The position numbers were made by a program, and so were the translations under genes. Positions 32,464 through 45,687 of a DNA stretch of 64,000 bases are shown in pieces. The DNA comes from the human T2T-CHM13v2.0 reference genome, Homo sapiens. Position 1 is the stretch's first letter. Every line of letters starts with the position of its first letter. The notes under the pieces are model-generated. The model had not been told where the DNA came from and did not search any database. It worked only from the letters and a program-made list of their open reading frames with translations. The stretch lies in assembly GCF_009914755.1 (NCBI RefSeq), contig NC_060926.1. One strand, 5' to 3'.

Positions 32464-34073
32464 GTAAGTTTTCTACATTATTAATAAATTCATATAAAGA
32501 AAGAAACCATGATAGAAGCAATCTTTTATTAATGTTTGCCAAGACGATCCTAGGTTCAGGTGACTTGTGTGTGAGTTGCTGATTTGCTGTGTGACTGTGA
32601 CAAACCTATAACAATCTGTATCTGTAGTCCTTAGGGTTCTTAGGGAAGGGGAGGAGAGAAGGAGGGAGGGAGGGAAAAAGGAGGAAAGGAGAGGGAGGTG
32701 GAGAAAGAGACAGACAGAATCTCTGTAATGCATGTAAAGGTGTCAGGATTACCAGATGCAAAGCGATTGTGTTGATAACTTCAGACCACATTTTGTAATT
32801 GCACCTGTATTCATCCAAGCCATCAGGCATTGACTTCTCTTTGCTAGGATCTTTCTTGCATCTCTCTCTTCCTCCCCACTTCCTCCCACAGCTCTGCCTC
32901 CTTCAGCTCTTGTCCCACCACCACCATTGCCACCACACACAAACACATACGAATTAAGGGTCTCAAATCTTCCCATCATTTGCAAATAATTACAAAACTT
33001 TTGACTAGCAAGAATGGAAGAGAAGTCATCCAGAAAGCCAGGAATAAACTTCACAGTTCACTGACATTTTAACATGTTGTCCTTTATGCAGGGAATTCTT
33101 AAATCATTTAAGTGAATGGGCCAAACAATTGTCTGGGCCCACTTTGCTCCGAGTGCTTGAGATTTAGCTAAGGCATCATCTATGACTAGAATTGGTGCTC
33201 CTTGTTTTTCATTGTCCTTGACACCGTGCCTGATGTGCAGCCCAATATCCTTGTTTTTAGCATCGTTGGCCAAGAGGAAGAGATAAAGTTGAAACCGAGC
33301 ATACCCGCCCTGCATGTCGCACACTCCACGTGCGGCTATGAAAAGAAGTGGAGGCTCAGAGTGGTTATGTAACGTGCCCAAGATCCCTCAATTAGCAAGC
33401 ACTAGAGGGACCCTGGCTTTCATTCAACTGCTCCCAAAGAATCTCCCAAAGATCCCTCAATTAACAAGCACTAGAGGGACCCTGGCTTTCATCTGACTGC
33501 TCCCAAAGTTTGGTTTTTTTCTACTGCTTCGTATTTCCTCCACTAGGGAGATGGCAACTCTTCTAGAATTTCTCTGTTAAAGGGAGGTGCTAGTGGATTG
33601 TACGAATGTTTTCCTGTGGATACCAAAAGAATGCTATTTGTCTACTGCTGCCAAGGTCTTGCTTACTTAACTTTTCAAATTTGATCAAAGAACAAAGAGT
33701 ATGTTTTGCAAGTGGTGATGAGAATTAAAACCCTTAGTTCAAGTCTCCATTCTTTTATTGAACTGTGAATGCAAGAATTTTAAAAGTGTATAGCTACCCA
33801 ATATTTCATAAATTTTTATTATTTTCTTCAAGCCAGGGTTGTGTTACAATGCAAATTCTTGTTGGTTATCCTCTGAAACAAAGCCAAATATTTGTCCTGC
33901 CAAAAGAAAGTCAAATACAGTACAGCGTCATGTAACTCTGTAATTGCTAAAGAGATGTTTAATCAAGCCAAGGAAATAAGATCAACCAACCTATTTTAAA
34001 TGATTCTTACTATTCAGAAATAATGGGCCACAGGAAAACTGACTCAATCTATATAATCAATTCCTCTGTGGAG

Positions 34074-34131
34074 GTCATTGAGATAAATTCAGACCCTGAA
34101 GTAACTTTACTGTTTTTTCTAAGAAAATATC
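34074..34131 (+). pseudogene. AOX3P: AOX3P exon 2 relic VIEINSDPEVTLLFFLRKY (58 bp)
   Basis: gag|GTC; DPEV.LL..LRK motif; followed by atatctttt instead of GT. Confidence 0.82.
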
Positions 34132-34756
34132 ATATCTTTTTGTTTGTTTAAGAAAGCAAAGCAAATTAAAAAAAAAAAAAAAAACCTCTGGATACTGCAA
34201 TTTCTCTTGCACTTATAGAACATTTTCCTTCTGTCATGCATCATTTCAGTTTGTCAGTGTGATGGCTGGTCAAATAATTACCTGCCCTTGTACAGCTTAC
34301 ACTCTGGTGAAGTTATTGAATGACTTGCCTTCCAGTTGGTCTCATTTAACTTCTTCCCCACACCTTCCAGGCTTTTTATAAAATCATACTAGAGATTGTT
34401 TGAAGGGTAATGTGTTAATTATCTGACCAACCATCACAACCAACAAACTGAAATGGGCATAGGAACAACTAGAAACCATTTCAATTCCTGAGATTTTTAA
34501 TTTTAACAAGATAGTTTGGAAAGAAAAATGGCTTTCTTAATTCCAAGTAGTAGACTCTTTATTTTTAGGTAGCCATACTATTATACATTCAAGATCATTT
34601 ATGTCATGGCCCAGCTCTAACACTCACTCAATTAATTATATTCATATCAAAGTAATTACTATTATAATCATCTAAATACATATTTTCTTTTTCTTTTTTA
34701 ACACTGCTGCTGTCACTGTGCCAATTCTTTTTGGCTTTACTGTGTAAACTCTGAAG

Positions 34757-34865
34757 TCACTTCTCTGTCACCGCTTGCCTGGTGCCCGCCTCCTTTTTCT
34801 GTAGAGCTGCCGTCACCACCAGAGAAGGTGTAGGAAACACCTAACCCAGGATTCACCCAGTTCAG
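34757..34865 (+). pseudogene. AOX3P: AOX3P exon 4 relic HFSVTACLVPASFFCRAAVTTREGVGNT*PRIHPVQ (109 bp)
   Basis: aag|T CAC ... CAG|gtaag; in-frame TAA at 34842-34844. Confidence 0.9.
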
Positions 34866-35240
34866 GTAAGAGCACATTTGAGGATAACAATGGGTTTAGG
34901 TAGCTTCTCTCGTTGTCTGGGTGATCGCTTATGGTTTCAGAGGACACAGATGGCAGGTGAAGGTCTCTGTCTCCTTTACAAGAAGAAATATTACCCATTC
35001 TTAATTTCCTTTTTCCTTCTGCAGCTTTATTGATTACTATTTGAGGCTTATTACACTTCCATAAAAATGTGGAGGAGGTGGCGATGAGGTAGTGACGCCC
35101 CCCCCCCGAGTCTGTCACTTCAGACCATCTCATTGCCTCAGGGAGGAATTTCTCCCTAGGAATGCTTTGAGTCCTGCCACAAAGACATAAAAAAGGGATG
35201 ATTCACATCTATTATGGTTCCTATAATAAAATAAGAAAAA

Positions 35241-35555
35241 GGATTGGGCACAGTGGTGCACACCTGTAATCCTGGCACTTTGGGAGGCCGAGGTGGGAGG
35301 ATCGCTTGAGCCAAGGAGTTCAAGACCTGCCTGGGCAACATAGCAAGGCCCCATCTATAAAAAAATAAACAACTCAGCTGGGCATAGTGGTGTGTGCCTG
35401 TTATCCTAGCTACAGGGGAGGCTAAGATGGGAGGATCACAAGCCCAAGAGTTTGAGGCTGCAGTGAGCTATGATCGGGTCACCATACTCCAGCCTGAGTG
35501 ACAGAGCAAGACTTCATCTCTAAAAATAAATAAAAATTAAGATAATAAAATAAAA
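35241..35555 (+). mobile_element. AluJ
   Basis: Diverged dimeric Alu with A-rich tail. Confidence 0.9.
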
Positions 35556-35787
35556 TGAGAAAAACAAGGACGCGTATTCTATGTTTGGTCTGTGTAAATA
35601 GTCATGCTGATAATTCTAGCCAGAAAGAATAGTTTTGTGACCTGAATGTTTAATTTGGCTTGTTGCTATGTAATAGTCTTTGGTCAAGACTATAGATGTT
35701 GATACAGGAGGCAGAAAATAAGAAGAAAAAATGACAATATATGTTGAGTACCCCACACCAAACCAAGTTATAAACCTTTGGATATAA

Positions 35788-36289
<502 letters not shown>

Positions 36290-36804
36290 AGGGCCAAGTT
36301 TTTATAAGATTTTTAAACTTACATACTGAAGATACATTAGTAAAAATGCCCTAAAGTGAAGAAAACGCCAGTTACCCTCCCAGGTCAGAACAAAAAGTGT
36401 GAAGTGGAAAAGCTGGAGCTCTCTTTGTGGAGGGAAGCCTTGGCAATAAGTCCCTCCAATTTAACTTCCTTTCAGGAGGAGGGGCAAGTGGGAGCAGAAT
36501 GGGGAGAGAACACAATAAAAGTAGGTAATCCCTATGTCTGTGGTCTTGGTTAAATCTAAACTCTGCCCTTGAAGTGATGCACTAGGCTGACATTGAGGAC
36601 TTCCTTTCCCAACTGCCTCAATGGAGTTTTTTTCCAGAAAGCCTCCATTGGCATCCGAAATGTGAACAATCATGGCACTTCCAGCTGCTACCTGACAGGC
36701 TCTGGACCTACCTGTAGTTGTACCAATCAGAGGCCTCTGTTTCATTTCTGAGAGACTCTTACCTCTAAACTTTCCACCTGGAGCCCTGTGTCCTTTGCTT
36801 TTAC

Positions 36805-36931
36805 GAAGGAATTGCTAAAGCCCACAGCCCCCAGTGTGGGTTCTGCACCCTGGAAATGGTGATGACCATCTACACTGTCCTGAGGAGCCACCCAGAACTC
36901 TCCACAGAGCAATTAATGGAAATCTTGAGTG
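36805..36931 (+). pseudogene. AOX3P: AOX3P exon 5 relic EGIAKAHSPQCGFCTLEMVMTIYTVLRSHPELSTEQLMEILSG (127 bp)
   Basis: QCGFCT 2Fe-2S motif; acceptor reads ttac (AG lost); donor g|gtaagt. Confidence 0.92.
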
Positions 36932-38037
36932 GTAAGTCTCTAACCTCTTCAACTGTAGAAGAGTATTGTCCTTCCAAGAGGAGCAGAGATGCTGGAGCAT
37001 TTTCATCCAAGGGATCAGGCCAAAAGGCTCAAAAAAATTTATTGATTGATCTTTATGATTCACACCTCTTGAGTAGTGTGGGCAAGAATTATCCATTCCT
37101 ACTTAGCAGGAAGGGAAACTGAGGCAGTGAGCCAGAAAGTAAAGTCAATTTTCCACATGACTGTTACATTCTTGGCACCATATCAGTTGTTTCTGGTAAT
37201 TTTAATGTAATATATATTTGGGTAGCATATGCTTATTGAAACAGTCTTTGTGTGGGTGTCTTTGATGCAATTCCAATGTTACTGGAATGGTATTTGGAAA
37301 TATTACGACTCTAAAATCTTTTAATTATGTATTTAGAGCTAGCCAAAAGAAGCTGTGACCTTTTGGGGTTTTTTTTATTATTATTTGCTATGGTTGTTGC
37401 TGCAATTGTTACTGAAGTGTTATTAATGCTTATGAAATCATAGACTCTTAGGAATTGGGAAAAAACACTACGACTCATAAACTTGCATGTAATTAAAATG
37501 GCTTAAGACTTTAAAAATGATATTTCCACTGTTTTGTCCTTTCAGAAACTTTTTTATTCTGATTAAATTTCACATATGCATTCTATCCTGTCAAGATACT
37601 TTTAAATTTTTATGCTGCTATTTACAAATCTGATAAACACTGCCTGCTGTTTTTATATAAGTTATTGACTAAAATATTGAACAGAATAAGCCAAGCAGAG
37701 AACTATGAGAAAATCAACACTTAACATTGAACTGTTGCTTAATTAAGTACAAGCCTTTCTGTGATATGCATTTACGTTCCTATATCCTTTCCACAGAGGA
37801 CCACAGGTGAGTCAAATGCCCCTTGAATCCCCATGCAATGTGTCTATGACATTGATCAGAGTCTCAGTCTAGAATTTTTTTCCCAAAAGGGAATGAATGT
37901 TCCCTTTTGGGAAAAAATAACGTTCTTGAGGTACCCAATCTCCTCTTAGGAGCCATCATTCCTAGGCCCTGTTGTCAATAATCCATTCCAGAATAGATTC
38001 AGAAAATTGCTTGAGAATGAAGTCAACCTCGCTTTAT

Positions 38038-38049
38038 TTTTTTTTTATT

Positions 38050-38088
<39 letters not shown>

Positions 38089-40208
38089 TTTTTTATTGAT
38101 CATTCTTGGGTGTTTCTCGCAGAGGGGGATTTGGCAGGGTCATAGGACAATAGTGGAGGGAAGGTCAGCAGATAAACAAGTGAACAAAGGTCTCTGATTT
38201 TCCTAGGCAGAGGACCCTGCGGCCTTCCGCAGTGTTTGTGTCCCTGGGTACTTAAGATTAGGGAGTGGTGATGACTCTTAACGAGCATGCTGCCTTCAAG
38301 CATCTGTTTAACAAAGCACATCTTGCACCGCCCTTAATCCATTTAACCCTGAGTGGACACAGCACATGTTTCAGAGAGCACAGGGTTGGGGATAAGGTCA
38401 CAGATCAACAGGATCCCAAGGCAGAAGAATTTTTCTTAGTACAGAACAAAATGAAAAGTCTCCCATGTCTACTTCTATCCACACAGACCCGGCAACCATG
38501 CGATTTCTCAATTTTTTCCCCACCCTTCCCGCCTTTCTATTCCACAAAACCGCCATTGTCATCATGGCCCATCCCCAATGAGCCGCTGGGCACACCTCCC
38601 AGACGGGGTGGTGGCCGGGCAGAGGGGCTCCTCACTTCCCAGTAGGGGCGGCCGGGCAGAAGCGCCCCTCACCTCCCGGATGGGGCGGCTGGCCGGGCGG
38701 GGGGCTGACCCCCCCACCACTCTCCCGGACGGGGCGGCTGGCCAGGCAGAGGGGCTCCTCACTTCCCAGTAGGGGCGGCCGGGCAGAGGCGCCCCTCACC
38801 TCCTGGATAGGGCGGCTGGCCGGGCGGGGGGCTGTCCCCCCCACCTCCCTCCCGGACGGGGCGGCTGGCCGGGCAGAGGGGTCCTCACTTCCCAGTAGGG
38901 GCGGCCGGGCAGAGGCGCCCCTCACCTCCCGGACGGGACGGCTGGCCAGGCGGGGGGCTGACCCCCCACCTCCCTCCCGGGCGGGGCGGCTGGCCGGGCA
39001 GAGGGGCTCCTCACTTCCCAGTAGGGGCGGCCGGGCAGAGGCGCCCCTCACCTCCCGGACGGGGCGGCTGGCCAGGCGGGGGGCTGACCCCCCACCTCCC
39101 TCCCGGACTGGGCGGCTGGCCGGGCGGGGGGCTGACCCCCCCACCTCCCTCCTGGACGGGGCGACTGGCCGGGCAGAGGGGCTCCTCACTTCCCAGTAGG
39201 GGCGGCCGGGCAGAGGAGCCCCTCACCTCCCGGACGGGGCGGCTGGCCGGGCGGGGGGCTGACCCCCCCACCTCCCTCCCGGACGGGGCGGCTGGCCGGG
39301 CAGAGGGGTCCTCACTTCCCAGTAGGGGCGGCCGGGCAGAGGAGCCCCTCACCTCCCGGGGCGGCTGGCCGGGCGGGGGGCTGACCCCCCCCACCTCCCT
39401 CCCGGACGGGGCGGCTGCCGGGCGGAGACGCTCCTCACTTCCCAGACGGGGTGGTTGCCGGACGGAGGGGCTCCTCACTTCTCAGACGGGGCGGTTGCCA
39501 GGCAGAGGGTTTCCTCACTTCTCAGACGGAGCGGCCGGGCAGAGACGCTCCTCACATCCCAGACAGGGCGGCAGGGCAGAGGTGCTCCCCACATCTCAGA
39601 CGATGGGCGGCCGGGCAGAGACGCTCCTCACTTCCTAGATGTGATGGCGGCGGGGAAGAGGCGCTCCTCGCTTCCTAGATGGGATGGCGGCCGGGCAGAG
39701 ACGCTCCTCACTTTCCAGACTGGGCAGCCAGGCAGAGGGGCTCCTCATATCCCAGACGATGGGTGGCCAAGCAGAGACGCTCCTCACTTCCCAGACGGGG
39801 TGGCGGCCGGGCAGAGGCTGCAATCTCGGCTCTTTGGGAGGCCAAGGCAGGCGGCTGGGAGGTGGTTGTAGCGAGCCGAGATCACGCCACTGCACTCCAG
39901 CCTGGGCACCATTGAGCACTGAGTGAACGAGACTCCGTCTGCAATCCCGGCACCTCGGGAGGCCGAGGCTGGCGGATCACTCGCGGTTAGGAGCTGGAGA
40001 CCAGCCCGGCCAACACAGCGAAACCCCGTCTCCACCAAAAAAAAACGAAAACCAGTCAGGCGTGGCGGCACTCGGCAGGCTGAGGCAGGAGAATCAGGCA
40101 GGGAGGTTGCAGTGAGCCGAGATGGCAGCAGTACCGTCCAGCTTTGGCTCGGCATCAGAGGGAGACCGTGAGGGAGAGGGGGAGGGGGAGGGGGAGGGGG
40201 AGGAGAGG
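38038..40208 (-). mobile_element. Full-length SVA retrotransposon (SVA_D-like) in AOX3P intron 5
   Basis: On the minus strand: CCCTCC/CCCTCT hexamers (~40170-40208), Alu-like region (~39810-40168), GC-rich VNTR (~38590-39810), SINE-R (~38095-38590), A/(TAAA)n tail (38038-38094). Identical flanks gaatgaagtcaacctcgctttat at 38015-38037 and 40209-40231. Confidence 0.97.
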
Positions 40209-41408
40209 GAATGAAGTCAACCTCGCTTTATAACCCATCTTTTTGAAAACCAGGATCAATGGTTGCCTGTCTCCAGTGTTCTGGCATCACTTTGGTTTAT
40301 CATGATATCTCAAAAAGCTTACTGACCATGGTTTCACAGTCCCACTTACAAATTATTTCACAGTCATTGGACATAATTCATCTTGTTACTCTGACCCCTT
40401 GAGCAAATTTAAAGAGGCTAAATGCTCTCTTAAAATCTCCACATATCTTCGGCTTCAAGTCTCTTTTAACTGTGCTTGTCTGATGCTTTAGGTTCACCAA
40501 GCATTCATTTGTGAGAAATACAGAGGCAAAAATAGGAATGAGTTTCGTCTTCCCTCTGACATCTATTAACATTATTCCATCTTCCTTGAGCTGTGTATGT
40601 GTTCTCTGTTTGATGCATTTTGTTGTTGATAGTATTTTCCACAAAATCTATCTCAATTTGATGTTTAGCCTCTTGACACTGCTCTGTGTCACACGTTTCC
40701 CTTCATCTCCAGTTTTGTCCCATGGCTTTCATCATTTATTCATCTTTCTTTGTTTTTACTAATCAGAGACCAATCTGAGTATAGCCTTCTTATTTCTTCT
40801 TCATTTACACTTGTATCCTCCAAATTTCATTTCTGAGTGCTTCTTATGCCTTTTGTGCTATATTCTCTTTTTGTAGTTTCTGGCCAATGGGAGAGGTCCC
40901 ATTGCTGCTATGTACCTTCCAAAATTGGCTTTTCACAGCCCACAGCCCTGTAGAGCAAAACCGAGGACCCCGTACCCCAACTTTCTGTCACTTTCACATC
41001 ACAGAGTTTGCGGTTAACTTGGCAGCCATTCCTCTCATTGATTCCCCTGACTTTTGAGACATAAAAGAATTTTTTAGCCCCTCTTTTTCAAGAAGGGTGG
41101 TTGAAGGATCCTTTTCCAGCTGTATCCTTCTGTTCCAATTTTGTAATTTGCTTCAGAGATACCCCACCCATACCTTTTATTGGACCTGATAGCCTGTGTT
41201 GTCCAACCCCCACTGGGAGTTAAAGATTGGTTCAATGGGTAAGATGGAGATGGAAGTATGAAGGAGTCCCACACTAGGGCTGCAGGAGATGCTTTGAAAC
41301 TAGGTGTTCAAACAGATCCAAGAGTCAAAGAGGAAGCTGGGTTCAATAAACAAGAAGAAAATCTCAGCATTTTGCTAAAAACTGAGGCAGATATCAAAAG
41401 CCAAGGAA

Positions 41409-41734
<326 letters not shown>

Positions 41735-41897
41735 TTACCTTCAGCAAGCATTGTGGCCCAGAATGTGTGCACAAGAGAGCCTTAGGCAAATTTCTGGCTG
41801 TTTGTTTCTCTTTAGGCTCTTACCCAAATGATCTCTACCTCCTTCTTTCCTGTAAATTTCCTGGATTTCCACTTATAAATAAAAGTATGTATTTTTA

Positions 41898-42262
41898 CAA
41901 CATGGAAAGCTATGCAGCCACAAAAAAGAAGAAGATCATGTCCCTTGCAGGAACATGGATGGAGCTGGAGGCCATTATCCTTAGGAAACTAATGCAGGAA
42001 CAGAAAAGCAAATACCACAGGTTCTTACTTACTTATAAGTGGAAGCTAAATGATGAGAACACATGGACACATAGAGGGGAACAACGCACAATGGGGCCTA
42101 TTGGAGGGTAGAGGGAGAGGATCAGAAGAAATAACTAATGGGTACTGGGCTTAATACCTGAGTAATGAAATAATCTGTACAACAAACCCCCATGACACAA
42201 CTTTACCTATGTAACAAACCTGAACATGTATGCTGAATTTAAAATAAAAATTAAAAAAAATT
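41898..42262 (+). mobile_element. 5'-truncated L1P 3' end
   Basis: gcaggaacatggatggagctggaggccattatcc...acaaacccccatgacac...aaaataaaa. Confidence 0.88.
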
Positions 42263-42344
42263 AAACAAATAAGTAAATAAACCTGGCAATGACTCAAAAA
42301 AAAGTATGTTTTATGATCATGCAGTTCCTGCCTCCTGTGTTGGT

Positions 42345-42465
42345 TTTCTTTCCTTCCTTCCTTCCTTCCTTCCTTCTTTCCTTTCCTTCCTTCCTCCCTC
42401 CCTCCCTCCCTTCCTTTCTTCCTTCCTTCCTTTTCCTTCTTTCTTTTTTCCCTTCCTTCCTTCTT
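42345..42465. repeat. (CTTC)n/(CCCT)n polypyrimidine tract
   Basis: Seen directly. Confidence 0.95.
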
Positions 42466-43349
42466 CATTGCCAGATTCTGATATTGAATCTCATCTCTCT
42501 AGGTGTTGGTGGTGAGTATTAGACATGAGTAGCTTCATTGCACCAAAATTTCAAATCCTCCTCTTTTATCACCTATAGCCTATGCTTTGATATCTAGACA
42601 CCACAATGACAGCTAATTTTATTGAGTATTTTCCATGTACCAGACACTATTCTCTGTTAAGTACTATATGCTAATTGTGTAGATGAAGAAACTGAAGTAC
42701 AAAATGGTGAAGTTACAGCCCAATGTTGTACAACTGGCAAGTGGAAGAGTCAGAAGCTGCACCCTGGTAATTTGGTCATAGAATTCATGTTCTTAACCAT
42801 CTCATCAAAACTAGTTATTTTCCCAAGACCATTTTTCTTGTCATTTTCTCTGGAGAATTACTGAGACTTCCTTTATTGTTATTCTTTTTTCCCCAATATA
42901 ACTAGTGTCCTCTTTGGTTTCATATTTTAGTTTCATCTATGTACATTTTTAGTATCCTAACTTCTTTCTTTCTTTAATGTATTCATGCACCACTCTATAA
43001 ACATTAATTGAGTGCCTATTGTGTTATTAGCAGTAGGCATGTGGTCCTTAACTTTAAGGAGAATCAGTCCTGACCAGGGGTTCTGATTCAGGTATAATTA
43101 ATATCTTTAATGGGTCCATGAACCCACAAAGTGTTGTGCAAAGTGTTGTGTATATATTCATTTATGACTTTGAGGGTCTGCGTGAGAACCGCTAGCCTAA
43201 AAAGATAGAGAAGTAATGATGATACAATGACATCCTGATTAGACCCAGGAGCCGTGCTTCCAAACATGCTTTTTCAATCTTTCTAAGAAATACTACCTCT
43301 GTGTCAGGGTCAGTCTTTTCAATATTATAAGATATTTCAATACCATCCA

Positions 43350-43815
43350 CTGCTATCAAAAACTGGAAAAGGCCTGAGATTTTACCCTACTTACAAGCTA
43401 ACAACTTAGCCTGTCACAGTTTGATGGATGCCAACAGAAGACACAAAGCTCCTGGGTCAGAGACAAAAGACTTGATTACTCTCAGCAACAACATAGCTAG
43501 AGCAGTAGATTGCATCAGCTCCCTGATCCCCAATTCCCACAAGGTAACGTGAAGAGGACCAGCTGATGCCCACTCATGCAATGAGTTTCATTACAGGAGA
43601 GGAACCCTGAACTTAGACAGCTCAAATCTTTCATAATGGGTGGTAAGCCTCCCAGAAGGTGACATTATTTATTCTACTGGACAGTAAACATTCTTGCTTA
43701 TTCTTCTGCAGGGAGACACTGTCTTTATCTTCCAACACTGTTTGTTATACAAGCATCCTTGAAAAGATAGTCTGGAACAAAAGCAGTCAGTGCCTCTGGT
43801 CACAAGGTGTACACA
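43350..43815. mobile_element. Solo LTR (ERVL-class; subfamily uncertain)
   Basis: tgagattttaccctacttacaagctaacaacttagcctg...gggtcagagacaaaagac resembles an ancient LTR. Confidence 0.5.
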
Positions 43816-44073
43816 TCTCTAGCGTGTGACTTGTACCCACTGTGGGAATCCCTCTGTCTTTTGTCCTTTCTCCTCACCCTTGCCAAGAGTGCAAGAACTG
43901 AATCCTAAATGCCATCTGATAACACTAGTTCAGTCTTGAAAAACAACTGAGATTTTTAATATGATTTGGGGGGAAGGAGTGATGCGAGACCTACCTATAA
44001 ACAAGGGAGACCTGTCAGGGCAGAGATGTCAGGGGTCTTTGGGTCAAAACATTGTGTATTTCCTTCTTCCCAG

Positions 44074-44135
44074 GTAATTTATGCTGCTGTACTGGACAGA
44101 GACCCATTGTGGATAGTGGGAAAAGTTTCAGTCTT
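44074..44135 (+). pseudogene. AOX3P: AOX3P exon 6 relic GNLCCCTGQRPIVDSGKSFSL (62 bp)
   Basis: cccag|GT AAT ... CTT|gtgagt; homologous to GNLCRCTGYRPI. Confidence 0.9.
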
Positions 44136-44689
44136 GTGAGTATGAAACAACTGATAGCTGCAGAGCCAACAGTTCTGGATTAAGTCACAAATCATCATGT
44201 GCATTATGCAGGATTGGTTTTCAAGGAAAGCACAATATTGTGTCTTAGAGAAAAATGGTTCACATTTTACCCAACTCAGTGATGGTAACTAGGTATTTTT
44301 CTCAGAAACACAGACAGGTGGCACCTCAATGGCTTTTTGAAACTGAAGTTTATAAAATAGCATATTTCAAGTGAAAACGAATTAGGCCATCTTCCTTACA
44401 TCTTGTTTTGTTGATAGGAAAACAGTCTATTTCTCATGCTGCCATTTCAGCAGCACTTTTTGTTGAGTCACCACCAAAGTTAAACATTTTTGTGAAATAA
44501 ATCCCTATGTCCTCTTGGAATGTGCTTCCATCTTTGATTAGTACTCATGGTAGATGGGGAAGAGAGAAGGAACATTTTCATCTTTTATGCTGCGTGGAAT
44601 CAGTAGCCATTCAGCAATGTGTAGCAATCATAGAGCATTAGATTCAGACCTTCCTCTGCCCACTTCCTCCACATCCCACGCTCTGAAAA

Positions 44690-45485
44690 ACACATAATTT
44701 CTCCACACTCTCACACAAACACTTCTGACACCAGATGTGTGTGGTTTTTTTCCACACCAACAAATTCTCCAATCTCCAGACACCAGCTGGTATCCTACAG
44801 TTTAATCCAATTCTGACCCTATCTACCAGGAGTTAGTGGCAGCTCCCACAAATTAAGGGCTCAGTCTCACAAGATCCCCTACATCACATGCCAATCGCAA
44901 GTCTGGGCCTCCTATATTTCTAACCTACCAGCTATAAATTGGAGGTTCCCACGAACTCCTCCTTGGGTTTGGTAATTTGCTAGAATGGCTCACAGAACTC
45001 AGGTAAACACTTTACTTAACATTTACTGGTTTATTATAAAGATATTGTCAAGGACACAGAAGAATGCACTATGAAAGGTACATAAAGCAAGGTCCAGAAG
45101 GGTCCTGGGTGTAGGAGCTCCTGTCTCGGTGGAGTTGAGGTGCACCAGCCTCCTGTCATGTGGATGCATTCACCAACCCAGAAGGTCATAAATCTCCTTG
45201 TTCAAGGGTTTGTATAGAGCTTTATCTCCATCCCCGCTGTTCCCTCAGAGACAGGTGGGTGGAAGACCCTCCAATCACTTGGTCTCTCTGCTCACCAGAG
45301 TCATCCTGAGGCCATCCACGTAGGGGCCCTATCCTAAGATGTCTCATTAGCATAAACTCAGATGTGACCCAGAGGCTTGTCATGAATAACAAAAGACACC
45401 CCTATAACTCAGAAAATTCCAAGTGTTTTGAAAGCTCTGTGCCAACAACCAACTGGGGACAAAGACCAAATTTTTTTTATTATAC
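44690..45485 (-). mobile_element. MER21-family LTR
   Basis: acacttctgacaccagatgtgtg, caattctgac, agggctcagtc motifs; ends aaagaccaaa. Confidence 0.75.
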
Positions 45486-45687
45486 TTAACTGAAAAAAAA
45501 AACAACCCTATAGGAAGTAGCTAAGAAAGACTATATGGAATCATTAATTTTAAAAATACAAACTTTTTATTGAAAAGATACATTACAAACTGCAGAGATT
45601 ATATACCCAGAGATGTTTAGATTCCTATATTGTTAAAAGAATGTGGAAAAGTGAGAAAGAGAATAACAAATGGGACATGCAAATAAT

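Noticed and set aside
38590-39810. Regularly spaced repeats superficially like a CRISPR array
   Set aside because: No unique spacers, primate DNA, and embedded in an SVA: it is the VNTR.
38265-40171. Long Pro/Arg/Gly-rich ORFs (up to 185 aa) on both strands
   Set aside because: Translations of the SVA VNTR and Alu-like regions; stop-poor GC repeats, not genes.
42151-42522. Lys/Glu/Gly- and Phe/Leu/Pro/Ser-rich ORFs
   Set aside because: Translations of the (CTTC)n microsatellite.
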